Of a DNA stretch of 58,821 nt, positions 46,001 through 54,379 are shown piece after piece. Under the pieces are notes generated by a model. The model was not told where the DNA came from, ran no database searches, and saw nothing but the letters and a program-made list of their open reading frames with translations. Position 1 is the first letter of the stretch, and the number at the start of each line of letters is the position of its first letter. A program made the position numbers and the translations under genes. Where the stretch lies: the IMG/VR virus record IMGVR_UViG_3300049999_000147, positions 1-58,821 of that record; one strand, written 5' to 3'. This stretch comes from a virus. Lineage: Duplodnaviria; Caudoviricetes.

Positions 46001-47253
46001 GTAGTCTCCTTAGCTTCATCGTAATAAGCATGTTGTCCGAAGTCTGGTTCTATAGTAGTGTTACCATGTATAACAAACAAAGTATCACAGTAGTCTTCTT
46101 CACCCCAAGTACCACAAGGATAACCGTCTGTAAACATAATTAACAGTTTTGGTTGGTAGTCGTTTTCTTTCATCCATTCCCAGTTACATTCAAACATTGT
46201 ACCACCACCACCTTGCATTTCATACTCATCAATGTCATCAATGTTATCCGGGCTATAGTCTTCTTCGCCGTATACTTTAGTATCAAACGTCCAAACTTTA
46301 AGTTTAAAGTCATCATATGATTGCATGATACCTTTAACTTCGCTTAAGATTTCATGTAACATTTCGTCTGTCATTGAACCCGAAGTGTCCCCGCATATAG
46401 CTACATCAATTGTATTCTCATAATCACTACCGGGAAGTACTGCGTCCATGTGCCAACTCTTACGATTTGGTCTTGTCCAAGCATAATCAGTCTTAATCAA
46501 ACTTTGGATTTGTTGCTGTATAAGTTCACGCCAGTTTAACTGTGGTTCTGTTAATTCTTTAATAATACGTTTAACGCCTGCTGGTAAGTCGTCTGCACCA
46601 CAAGTTTCTGCTGCTTGCAACATTGCATCACGAATTTCATTTTGTAACTGTTTCTTTTCTTCGTTTGTCATGCGTCCTGGACGACCGCCTTCTCCTTCTC
46701 CTTCATCGCCGTCACCATCTCCATCCAGGTGCTCATCAATTAATTGCTTCATTAAATCATCAATATCGATTTGCTCTGCATTCTCGTACAAGTCGTCATA
46801 CACTTCTTCTGCAGACATACCTTTGTACTTAGAATCATATAAACCTATTGGAATAAATTCGCCAATGTGTTGAGCTTTAAGATCTGCATTAACACAATAA
46901 TCTGCCGCGCAGTTAAATAAACGTGGGTCTCTGTCATCGCGTCTAAACATGTGGTCATATACTACGTGGAGTATTTCGTGTCCAACTAAGAATTCAATTT
47001 GTTTTTGCGGTAATGCATTTACAAATTCGGAATTGTAATAAAATTTACGTCCGTCTGTTGCTGCTGTACCACACCATCCATCTGCATTAACTAATTCTAA
47101 TCTACTTGCTAATGTACCAAAAAATGGTGCTTTTAGGAGTAATGCAATACGAGCAGTAATTAATTTCTCGCGTACTTCTGCATCCACTTTAGGATCTGTT
47201 ATAATAACAGATCCTTTGCCTTTTTCTGAACTTGTTGTGTCTTTTGCTGACAT
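45997..47253 (-). CDS. vWA-domain putative metallopeptidase (DUF2201-like), MoxR partner
   Basis: TAATDG, GHEILH (HExxH), acidic Gly linker, DTSGSM MIDAS, GGGGT, FTDG. Confidence 0.88.
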   Translation of the reverse strand: MSAKDTTSSEKGKGSVIITDPKVDAEVREKLITARIALLLKAPFFGTLASRLELVNADGWCGTAATDGRKFYYNSEFVNALPQKQIEFLVGHEILHVVYDHMFRRDDRDPRLFNCAADYCVNADLKAQHIGEFIPIGLYDSKYKGMSAEEVYDDLYENAEQIDIDDLMKQLIDEHLDGDGDGDEGEGEGGRPGRMTNEEKKQLQNEIRDAMLQAAETCGADDLPAGVKRIIKELTEPQLNWRELIQQQIQSLIKTDYAWTRPNRKSWHMDAVLPGSDYENTIDVAICGDTSGSMTDEMLHEILSEVKGIMQSYDDFKLKVWTFDTKVYGEEDYSPDNIDDIDEYEMQGGGGTMFECNWEWMKENDYQPKLLIMFTDGYPCGTWGEEDYCDTLFVIHGNTTIEPDFGQHAYYDEAKETT

Positions 47254-47286
47254 TTATTATATACTCCAAATTGTGTTATACTGCGT

Positions 47287-47315
47287 ATTATACGCAGATT
47301 TAGGTAAATTGTCAA
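47287..47315 (-). promoter_or_regulatory. Sigma70 promoter TTGACA-N17-TATAAT with an upstream IHF-like site (47342-47354)
   Basis: tgtcaa 47310-47315 and attata 47287-47292; AATCAAcaacTTA on the minus strand. Confidence 0.8.
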
Positions 47316-47463
47316 CCTAATCCGCACTAAAATACCCACTGTAAGTTGTTGATTTATAAATGTATTTAATATTAATTTTCCTGCATTTTACCGCTTTTTT
47401 AAGCAATATATGTATCTTTACCAGCTTATGATTATAACGGCGCTTAGAGACGCTTAAATTAGC

Positions 47464-47703
47464 TCAAAATAGCCCTTTTAAGCCCAGAATTATGAGGTAT
47501 TGCTCGTAAAATTGTGCGAAAGTATTAGACTCACCCTTGTCATATTCCACCTTTGCAGCCCTTCTAGCGTACAGCAAATATGAATCCGGAGCGTCCTTTT
47601 CGTCCCATTTTTCCCTGATCATTTCGAGCCAGAGTTGGTCCTTTTCTTCAACGTGTTCTTCTGCGTCGAAGTTAGATGTTGTTGTTGCTATAGCAAATAC
47701 CAT
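47464..47703 (-). CDS. Small paralog family member 4 (..FYEQYLIILGLKG)
   Basis: Shares W and (L/F)YE(Q/K)Y motifs with three neighbours. Confidence 0.65.
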   Translation of the reverse strand: MVFAIATTTSNFDAEEHVEEKDQLWLEMIREKWDEKDAPDSYLLYARRAAKVEYDKGESNTFAQFYEQYLIILGLKGLF

Positions 47704-47939
47704 TACATATTACTCAGTTTAATAAACATATAATATTTCTCATACAGCTCTTTGTAAATATCATCAATATCGTGTGCAAAATTCATTGCAGCTACCTTTC
47801 TTATTTCTAATAATTCCTGATCACTTTTCTCAGGGAAGTCTTTACGTGCTAATCCAATCCAGTGCTCACGCAATTTCTCGGAGCGTATTTTCTCTGCATC
47901 CCACTCATCTGGATCTTGTCCCATTCCCCATTTACTCAT
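47703..47939 (-). CDS. Small paralog family member 3 (..LYEKYYMFIKL)
   Basis: Shared motif; coupled start/stop. Confidence 0.65.
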   Translation of the reverse strand: MSKWGMGQDPDEWDAEKIRSEKLREHWIGLARKDFPEKSDQELLEIRKVAAMNFAHDIDDIYKELYEKYYMFIKLSNM

Positions 47940-48217
47940 AATCCTTTTAACGTCCTCATAACAAGATATTGTTCGTACAGTTTAACCAACTCAGTATCTC
48001 TTTCGTTGATGTGATCTACTGCCGCAGTACCACGCAGTCGTTCTCTTCCCACGGCTTTTCCCACTCTTCTCATTAGCAATCTAACATCGTCTGCGTCAGG
48101 CATAATATCGCTGGCCATTTCTAACCAAAGTTGTTGACGCCTGTGGCTTTTTTCAAACTTGGTTGTTAACTGTTGTTCCTCTTCGTCTGACATGTATCTA
48201 CCAGCTCGCACTCGCAT
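47936..48217 (-). CDS. Small paralog family member 2 (..LYEQYLVMRTLKGL)
   Basis: QLWLEM is shared with 47464. Confidence 0.65.
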   Translation of the reverse strand: MRVRAGRYMSDEEEQQLTTKFEKSHRRQQLWLEMASDIMPDADDVRLLMRRVGKAVGRERLRGTAAVDHINERDTELVKLYEQYLVMRTLKGL

Positions 48218-48218
48218 A

Positions 48219-48470
48219 TCATTTCAACCCTTTAAGTGTAGTTATTACAAGATACTGTTCGTATAGTTCTACTAGCCTTGTCTTTTTCTTTTGCTCAAAT
48301 TCTCTTCTTGCTTGTGTTCTTAAATTGTTATAATCTTTAGGATCCTCATAACATTCTGGATAGTCGGTTTTTGTTAAGTCGCGCCATATACACATTTTCT
48401 TTCTATGCGCTTCCATCATTAGCCCGATGCTCTTTTGAATCTCGGTAAATTGTATTCTATTATCAATCAT
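48219..48470 (-). CDS. Small paralog family member 1 (..LYEQYLVITTLKGL)
   Basis: Shared C-terminal motif. Confidence 0.65.
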   Translation of the reverse strand: MIDNRIQFTEIQKSIGLMMEAHRKKMCIWRDLTKTDYPECYEDPKDYNNLRTQARREFEQKKKTRLVELYEQYLVITTLKGLK

Positions 48471-48479
48471 AGTCTACCT

Positions 48480-48503
48480 AAAAAAAAGGGCTCCGAAGAG
48501 CCC
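48480..48503 (-). terminator. Rho-independent terminator after the MoxR gene
   Basis: Minus strand GGGCTC-TTCG-GAGCCC followed by T8 (cUUCGg tetraloop). Confidence 0.9.
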
Positions 48504-48526
48504 AAAGTGTAACACAACGGAAACCT

Positions 48527-49621
48527 TTAAGCTATTGCGGCAACAATGTACTTGCCAAAACGCTTGTGAAACTCATCAAAGTTCTTTAACTTGTTAGCAA
48601 CTATTGGAAGATCAAACTTAGTTAATGCAGTTCGAGCACCCATTACAGTTACTTCAGTTGTAAAGTTCTTCATTGTAAATTCAAAGAAGTTATCAACCAT
48701 TGCATGCCATTCCTTGTTTTTAGACTTTCCTATCTTTTCATGTGCATCCTGTAGTTCATAACAAAGTGACATTGTTAAAGAGTACATTGCTGAAATCTCT
48801 TTTGTATCTAAAGTCTTAATCTTACCAGCTAAAATATCTTCTGGATTAGGAAGCTTGCCAGCAATCTTGCGATGTGCCATAAACTTGCCTGCAACACCTT
48901 CGCCAACAGTACCTGCAACTAAATCAGTTAATGTGGAATCAGGCATGTTGTCATCCAACAATTCGCTTACAAAAGTCCACGAACGCGGAGTAGCAAAAGA
49001 ACGACTTGAGCTCTTAGGATCAAAGTCAAACAGTTCGTTCTTAGCAAATGTGATGTAACCAATAACATCTTTGTGGATGCGATTTTCTGTAGCCCAATCC
49101 AACCAGCTATCATAATCAACACGCATTTCAAAGTGAATAAATCTGTTCGCTAACGGACTAGGCATACGATATGTAACACCCTTGTCGCCTTCTCTGTTAC
49201 CTGCTGCAATCATTACAACATTATCAGGAAGTTTATATTTGCCAATACGTCTGTTAAGTATAAGTTGGTAAGCGGCTGCCTGTACACTTGGAGCGGCTGC
49301 ATTCATTTCATCCATAAACAATACAACTATTGGATATTGTGATGCAAGTTCTTCGTTTGGTAAATCAATTGGCGGAGCCCAATCCATAACACCTAAATCG
49401 CTGTTATAAAATGGAATGCCCTTAATATCTGTTGGATCCATTTGGCTTAAACGTAAATCAATCATTAAACCATCTAAATTTTTAGTAATGCCTTCTACTA
49501 ATTCTGATTTGCCAATACCTGGAGGACCCCATAAGAATGCTGGGCGTTGTTTGTTAAAGCATCGTAAAATCGCGTCTCGCGCTGCAAATGCTGTAACAGT
49601 TCTATTTTCTAATATAGCCAT
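48527..49621 (-). CDS. MoxR-like AAA+ ATPase
   Basis: Walker A GPPGIGKS, Walker B LFMDEMN, AAGNR, PLANRF, TPRSW. Confidence 0.92.
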   Translation of the reverse strand: MAILENRTVTAFAARDAILRCFNKQRPAFLWGPPGIGKSELVEGITKNLDGLMIDLRLSQMDPTDIKGIPFYNSDLGVMDWAPPIDLPNEELASQYPIVVLFMDEMNAAAPSVQAAAYQLILNRRIGKYKLPDNVVMIAAGNREGDKGVTYRMPSPLANRFIHFEMRVDYDSWLDWATENRIHKDVIGYITFAKNELFDFDPKSSSRSFATPRSWTFVSELLDDNMPDSTLTDLVAGTVGEGVAGKFMAHRKIAGKLPNPEDILAGKIKTLDTKEISAMYSLTMSLCYELQDAHEKIGKSKNKEWHAMVDNFFEFTMKNFTTEVTVMGARTALTKFDLPIVANKLKNFDEFHKRFGKYIVAAIA

Positions 49622-49668
49622 ATTATTTTCCTCGTTGTGTTAAATAATGTGTTTTTTGATTGTATGTT

Positions 49669-49696
49669 ATTATAGCATCTTGTACCAAAATGTCAA
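49669..49696 (-). promoter_or_regulatory. Sigma70 promoter TTGACA-N16-TATAAT
   Basis: tgtcaa 49691-49696 and attata 49669-49674. Confidence 0.7.
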
Positions 49697-49701
49697 CCTG
49701 T

Positions 49702-50118
49702 TTATACAAGTTCGTACTCTTTATTCCATTTGCCTACATTAATGCTCATATAGTATGCTGTATGGAAATAATCTGATTGTGAATCTGATTTATCAAACCA
49801 TCTGTTACCTTTCATTGCAGTAATAAGCTCTTCAAAGAACTTACCAATTTTAGGATTAACTGCGGTTTCGGCAGCATAGAATTGATTAACTTGATAATGA
49901 TTGTTACTAATTGGATAAAAATCATGCCCACGTTGCGCAGCCTGTTTTTTCCTTCCTGCTTCTTCGTCGCCAATTAAATCAAGCTTGCCTTTGGAAATGT
50001 TAACTACTAGTTCTGAATGATGATGTATTCCAATACTGCCCTTTACATCATATTTTTTGAATACTGCTTTAATAGCTGGTGCTAGTTCTTTTTTCTCTTC
50101 TTGCCCTATATAAGCCAT
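49702..50118 (-). CDS. Hypothetical early phage protein
   Basis: DKSDSQSDYFHTAYY..INVGKWNK.Y; directly downstream of a strong promoter. Confidence 0.7.
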   Translation of the reverse strand: MAYIGQEEKKELAPAIKAVFKKYDVKGSIGIHHHSELVVNISKGKLDLIGDEEAGRKKQAAQRGHDFYPISNNHYQVNQFYAAETAVNPKIGKFFEELITAMKGNRWFDKSDSQSDYFHTAYYMSINVGKWNKEYELV

Positions 50119-50145
50119 ATTATTTGCCCTGTGTTTTATTTAATA

Positions 50146-50252
50146 TACTGCGTATTATACAGGTTTATACCAAAAGGTCAACCACTTTTTGACATTATTT
50201 GTAAGTGCTTGATTTCATTACGATTATTATTTCTATATAAATCAATGACTTA
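50146..50252 (-). promoter_or_regulatory. Repeated early promoter element (TTGACC-N16-TATAAT-ACGCAGTA) with inverted IHF-like sites
   Basis: Near-identical to 52051-52090; WATCAANNNNTTR matches at 50202-50214 (-) and 50240-50252 (+). Confidence 0.75.
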
Positions 50253-50729
50253 TTACAACAGGGAAACCCTGCTACATACCACCGCTTCTAAGCAGGTGCC
50301 ATAATACTGCAAAGCTTCATCGAGTACTTTCTGTGCTTTCGCTATAGTTGGACTTTCGCGCCCATCATAATATGTATTCATTTCCGGATGCCATTTATAA
50401 GCAATTTCTTTTAGACATGCAAGATGTAATTGACTATTAGGTACAACCATATCTAAATATTTTTGTCTCTGTGTTAGCCAACTAGCACTAAATAGTCCTC
50501 GCTCATTTTCGAGGAATGTAACTCTAGATGTCTTGTCAAACTTATCATCAGACACAATATCCATCTCAACAATTAAATTACTTGAACCTGTTTTACTGCG
50601 GTGGATAACATCACCGACTTTGAGATCGGACCAAAGAGTATTAACGGTCTGTTTGTTTAGACTGTTCCATACCATTTCCTTTTCTTGCGTTTCGTTCATT
50701 ACTGGTGTGGGTACTCGCTGTACAAGCAT
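50253..50729 (-). CDS. Hypothetical protein
   Basis: 158-aa ORF; start uncertain. Confidence 0.45.
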   Translation of the reverse strand: MLVQRVPTPVMNETQEKEMVWNSLNKQTVNTLWSDLKVGDVIHRSKTGSSNLIVEMDIVSDDKFDKTSRVTFLENERGLFSASWLTQRQKYLDMVVPNSQLHLACLKEIAYKWHPEMNTYYDGRESPTIAKAQKVLDEALQYYGTCLEAVVCSRVSLL

Positions 50730-50810
50730 GAATTGATTTTAAACCAAATCATATGTGCTAGGTTGGAGTTATTTCGATATCTAATAATGTGTGGTATTTT
50801 GATTTCATTA

Positions 50811-51104
50811 TTAAGGTAAATGTTGTTGAAAGATAGGAAGTACACGTTTATACATTTTTTCCTGCCGCATATCTAAGCGTTCATAACGGTCTCGATGTGT
50901 GTATGCATGACCCAACCGACACCACCAATCGTAGCAAGATCTGCTTGCATACCATTCGGCAGCTTTAGCGGCTTTCCTAAATGTTTTAGTTTCTTTCCAG
51001 TTTTTAGTTGTATCAACATGATCTCGACTAACGATAGTAACTGATATAACGTTAATTTGACTTATTGTATTTGCTGGTTTTATTGCAGTGGATATCTTTT
51101 TCAT
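50811..51104 (-). CDS. Hypothetical protein (MKKIST...)
   Basis: GAGGA upstream of ATG 51104. Confidence 0.5.
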   Translation of the reverse strand: MKKISTAIKPANTISQINVISVTIVSRDHVDTTKNWKETKTFRKAAKAAEWYASRSCYDWWCRLGHAYTHRDRYERLDMRQEKMYKRVLPIFQQHLP

Positions 51105-51108
51105 AATG

Positions 51109-51312
51109 CTATCCTCTGTTATAATGCACAGGGCGTTCGTAACGTCCATCATTTTCACGTGTAATAGATATAAGATGTCCATGCTTGGAACCATCTTGCC
51201 AAGTGTAACGGAATGTCTCACTATAACCAATTGGACTAAAACTAATGTCCCAAGATTCCATTAAATTCTCTGCTGCCAATGCTTCGTTTAATGTATTAAA
51301 CCAATTTTGCAT
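51109..51312 (-). CDS. Hypothetical protein
   Basis: 67-aa ORF ending GRYERPVHYNRG; coupled to 51312. Confidence 0.6.
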   Translation of the reverse strand: MQNWFNTLNEALAAENLMESWDISFSPIGYSETFRYTWQDGSKHGHLISITRENDGRYERPVHYNRG

Positions 51313-51662
51313 TATACAGCCACCTTAGCCGCTTGGGCCTTTTTAACTGCTTCTTCGTTTATTTGTTTCCAGTACTTTGAAAGACGTGCGTAACCTTTAC
51401 CATTCTTTTTAACCCAACGATCTACTTGCCAATCTAGCAATGTACGATGTTTCAAATAATACTTTGCAGTAATAGAACCACTGTAAGCATCAGCACCAGT
51501 GAACCCACGAGCATTGTGAACGTGGGTATCATTTGTTGCTTGTTCATCATCTGTTTGTCTGTTAAACAAGTGAACTAGAGCTTTGCCAATTGCATGAACT
51601 GCGCGAGGATCACCCGCGCTTATCATGTTATCAAAATGAACTTTGTCTATTATAGTTCTCAT
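51312..51662 (-). CDS. Hypothetical phage protein
   Basis: RQTDDEQ..HNARGFTGADA..KYWKQI. Confidence 0.65.
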   Translation of the reverse strand: MRTIIDKVHFDNMISAGDPRAVHAIGKALVHLFNRQTDDEQATNDTHVHNARGFTGADAYSGSITAKYYLKHRTLLDWQVDRWVKKNGKGYARLSKYWKQINEEAVKKAQAAKVAV

Positions 51663-51663
51663 G

Positions 51664-52026
51664 TTATGCGCTAAAAAGTCTTTTAGCTTGATCTATGCTA
51701 CATTTATAATTTGCACCACGTACAGTAACATATGAGAACGGATATTTAGGACGGCGTGTGTTATAGCCTATAAGCTTTTCGCCTTTTGCACTTGTAAATT
51801 TAAGACCATGTGCTGACATCATGCTTTTTAACATTCTGTCATCTGCTGTAACTGCGCCAGCTATTTTACCTGCTACTTTAATATTAACAGTATTGTCAGC
51901 GGCATAACTCATATTGCCTACTTTAAATTCCATGTTAGCCGAAACGCCATACTTGTCTAAAACAGCTTGCATTTCATCACGTATCTGTCTACAAGCTTTT
52001 TTATCTATTTTAGTGATTTTGCCCAT
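51664..52026 (-). CDS. Hypothetical early phage protein
   Basis: GYNTRRPKYP; first gene after a promoter. Confidence 0.65.
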   Translation of the reverse strand: MGKITKIDKKACRQIRDEMQAVLDKYGVSANMEFKVGNMSYAADNTVNIKVAGKIAGAVTADDRMLKSMMSAHGLKFTSAKGEKLIGYNTRRPKYPFSYVTVRGANYKCSIDQAKRLFSA

Positions 52027-52050
52027 TTGTAATGCCCTCTTGTTTAGTTA

Positions 52051-52168
52051 ATATACTGCGTATTATACAGGTTTATACCGAAAGGTCAACCTTTTTATGT
52101 GATTATTTTACCGAGTTGTAAGTCGTTGAAATATAAGGGAATTAAAATCTAATGAAATCAAAGACTTA
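52051..52168 (-). promoter_or_regulatory. Second copy of the early promoter element with inverted IHF-like sites
   Basis: ggtcaa 52084-52089 and attata 52062-52067; IHF-like sites at 52119-52131 (-, one mismatch) and 52156-52168 (+). Confidence 0.75.
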
Positions 52169-52465
52169 GTCTTTATCTTTTTTGGGCTTGTGTAGCAAGG
52201 CTTCTAACGTTTTATAATGCTCATACGCTTCACGCAATGTTTCGTACTCTGCTAACAGTTCTGGGTCCGGTATTAATATTGCTAGGCGTTTGTTAATTGC
52301 TTCTATTTGTTCTTTCATGCTAACGCCATCTATTACTACATCTTCTGCTGCTATTTTTCCTTTACAACCGGTAGAGGCATTGTTAACAGTAAGTGTTGAA
52401 CCACTTATTGCTAAGTTGGACATATTGTATGTTGGGTTTAACATAGTTGGGTCTATTATTGACAT
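52166..52465 (-). CDS. Hypothetical protein, probably leaderless
   Basis: RLAILIPDPE..LREAYEHYK; ATG lies 6 nt after the -10 of TTGACT-N17-TATATT (52472-52500). Confidence 0.6.
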   Translation of the reverse strand: MSIIDPTMLNPTYNMSNLAISGSTLTVNNASTGCKGKIAAEDVVIDGVSMKEQIEAINKRLAILIPDPELLAEYETLREAYEHYKTLEALLHKPKKDKD

Positions 52466-52500
52466 TATATTAATATAGCAAGATTTATACGTGTAGTCAA

Positions 52501-52890
52501 CTATTCTGATGCATTATCTAAATACTTTTGTAAATTGTTATCGTGCAATGTTACCATAACTAAATCCTTCTCACCATGTAGATGAATGGTTTTGTTGTTT
52601 TCGATATAGTATGGTTCGGCAAATAAATCTTCTAATTGTAAATATGTTTTTGGTTTGACAGATTCATCTAATTTTACACGATGCATTTTATAGTCTGCAA
52701 GTAGGCGCAATATACGATAGGCATCTCTTGTTATACGAAGACTTGCTGGATTAATAGAATTTACCCACCAAAATGCAGGTTTATCTGGATTCTTGTTTCT
52801 GAGGTTTATTGCTTTTAATACGTCAGGATAATTTTTAATAGCTTCCACAAACTCTGCTTGCCATGCAGCTTGTGGTTTTCTATCAGACAT
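52501..52890 (-). CDS. Hypothetical protein
   Basis: 129-aa ORF abutting 52891. Confidence 0.6.
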   Translation of the reverse strand: MSDRKPQAAWQAEFVEAIKNYPDVLKAINLRNKNPDKPAFWWVNSINPASLRITRDAYRILRLLADYKMHRVKLDESVKPKTYLQLEDLFAEPYYIENNKTIHLHGEKDLVMVTLHDNNLQKYLDNASE

Positions 52891-53178
52891 TTACGGATAT
52901 ATCTGTTTACCGGCGGTTAGTTGAACTACGGTAAACTCGTTAGTTTTGAATTGTTTATTTAATTTTTTAGCTAGATTAACTGCGTGACCACTGTTACTAA
53001 ACGAGACTTTTTTATATTTAGGTCCGGGGTACGCAACTAAAATATTTTGAGTTTTTAAGTTAATTGGTTGATTATTGTAAAATACAGCCCAGATTGCTTC
53101 GGAGCTTAATACCTGATCACTCTTGTATGTTTCTTTGTTTATGTTCTCAAGCAGAACATTTGGCTTAGGTCGACTCAC
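52891..53178 (-). CDS. Hypothetical phage protein
   Basis: GTG start with GGAG upstream; SRPKP...GPKYKKVSFSNSGHA.NLAKKLN. Confidence 0.7.
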   Translation of the reverse strand: MSRPKPNVLLENINKETYKSDQVLSSEAIWAVFYNNQPINLKTQNILVAYPGPKYKKVSFSNSGHAVNLAKKLNKQFKTNEFTVVQLTAGKQIYP

Positions 53179-53298
53179 GACGTTACTCCAAGTTTTGTGT
53201 CTCTAATTTTTTGTTTTGTCTCAGTAGAATGTTTTTTGCCCAGCATTGGTGGCACCTGTGCTATTGTGTTCTTTTAAATATAAATATGTTGGTTCCAT
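53175..53298 (-). pseudogene. Relic of a GIY-YIG/NUMOD3 homing endonuclease
   Basis: Frame 1 reads MEPTYLYLKEHNSTG; the +1 frame reads MLGKKHSTETKQKIRDTKLG. Confidence 0.6.
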
Positions 53299-53329
53299 AC
53301 AGTTATTTATCAATAACTACATACTTAAT

Positions 53330-53551
53330 TTAGAATGTTCCGCCGTCCATGCTAACATTTACCACTTCATCTTCGACACGTTTCTCTTGAATTTCTGTTA
53401 AATCTGCTATTTTTGTTAATAGATCAAATATGCTTGCTTGCATATTTCTAGCATCTTTAGCACTAAGGGTTAAATCCTTAGCATTTGTTTGATTCATTAC
53501 TTTAACACGATTGTTAAAATTCTCTAAATGTATTCCTACTTTTGCAGCCAA
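53330..53551 (-). CDS. Hypothetical protein
   Basis: 73-aa ORF ending MDGGTF; GGAG upstream. Confidence 0.6.
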   Translation of the reverse strand: MAAKVGIHLENFNNRVKVMNQTNAKDLTLSAKDARNMQASIFDLLTKIADLTEIQEKRVEDEVVNVSMDGGTF

Positions 53552-53910
53552 TTTTCCATCTCCTTATATACTAGTTTTGACCCATCATCGCTAACAACCT
53601 TAATTGGTTTGCCGCGAAAGTGTGTCACTATCAAACTCGTCATTACTTTACGTATAAGCGGTATGAATATAGAGGTTTGTTCTATAAAGTAACTTCGGTA
53701 GGTTAACCCAAGTAATCCTCTCATTGTATGATATTGTTCGATTTTGTTAGATTCAACCAGTCCGCGTAACGAAACATTTTCACAACATATACTCTCGTGC
53801 CATTCTACTGGTGACTTTAACTTTTGATCCTGTAGTCCGGTAGTTTTAGCTGACGATAGGTAATTTTCAAACAGTTCATTTTCGTCCGCAGATACTAGTT
53901 CCTCATACAT
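53536..53910 (-). CDS. Hypothetical protein
   Basis: 124-aa ORF. Confidence 0.5.
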   Translation of the reverse strand: MYEELVSADENELFENYLSSAKTTGLQDQKLKSPVEWHESICCENVSLRGLVESNKIEQYHTMRGLLGLTYRSYFIEQTSIFIPLIRKVMTSLIVTHFRGKPIKVVSDDGSKLVYKEMENWLQK

Positions 53911-54379
53911 TTTTGTTTTTCTTATTAGCCTCGCGTAAATGTTCTTGCATTTCTTCTTGTGTATGAAATGGTCCTTGATACGGGTATCTGCTAAGTGATA
54001 TTAACTTAGGGCAATAACTCCTTGCCCAGTTGTTTGTGAATTTAATAATGTAATAGCCGGCACAAAAGAAACTCTTGCTTTTGTTTGTTTTTGTAAACAC
54101 AGGCAAGCTATGTTGCACATTCCACAATACATTAAAAGGATCTTGCTTACAAGGATAGCTGTAAACGGTTTGACATTGAACAGGTTCCTTACTGTTTTCT
54201 TTTTGTACTTTAACATTGTATTCGTTAACAAAGTCACGCCAACTATTAAATGTTTCGCGTGTGTTATGCTTTACTAGTGTTACACCTTCGGGACCGGATA
54301 AGACCGAACCGACCTTCTCACCGTTGTCCTCTACTATCCAACATTTATTCTTTACAATTGTTTTTGCTTTAAGTGTCAT
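53903..54379 (-). CDS. Hypothetical phage protein
   Basis: FTKTNKSKSFFCAGYY..SYCPKLI.L.RY.YQGPF. Confidence 0.65.
   Translation of the reverse strand: MTLKAKTIVKNKCWIVEDNGEKVGSVLSGPEGVTLVKHNTRETFNSWRDFVNEYNVKVQKENSKEPVQCQTVYSYPCKQDPFNVLWNVQHSLPVFTKTNKSKSFFCAGYYIIKFTNNWARSYCPKLISLSRYPYQGPFHTQEEMQEHLREANKKNKNV

Noticed and set aside
47316-47463. tRNA or structured ncRNA in one of the longest intergenic gaps
   Set aside because: No cloverleaf, T-loop or stable stems are visible; the region is explained by promoter-upstream AT-rich and IHF-like sequence.
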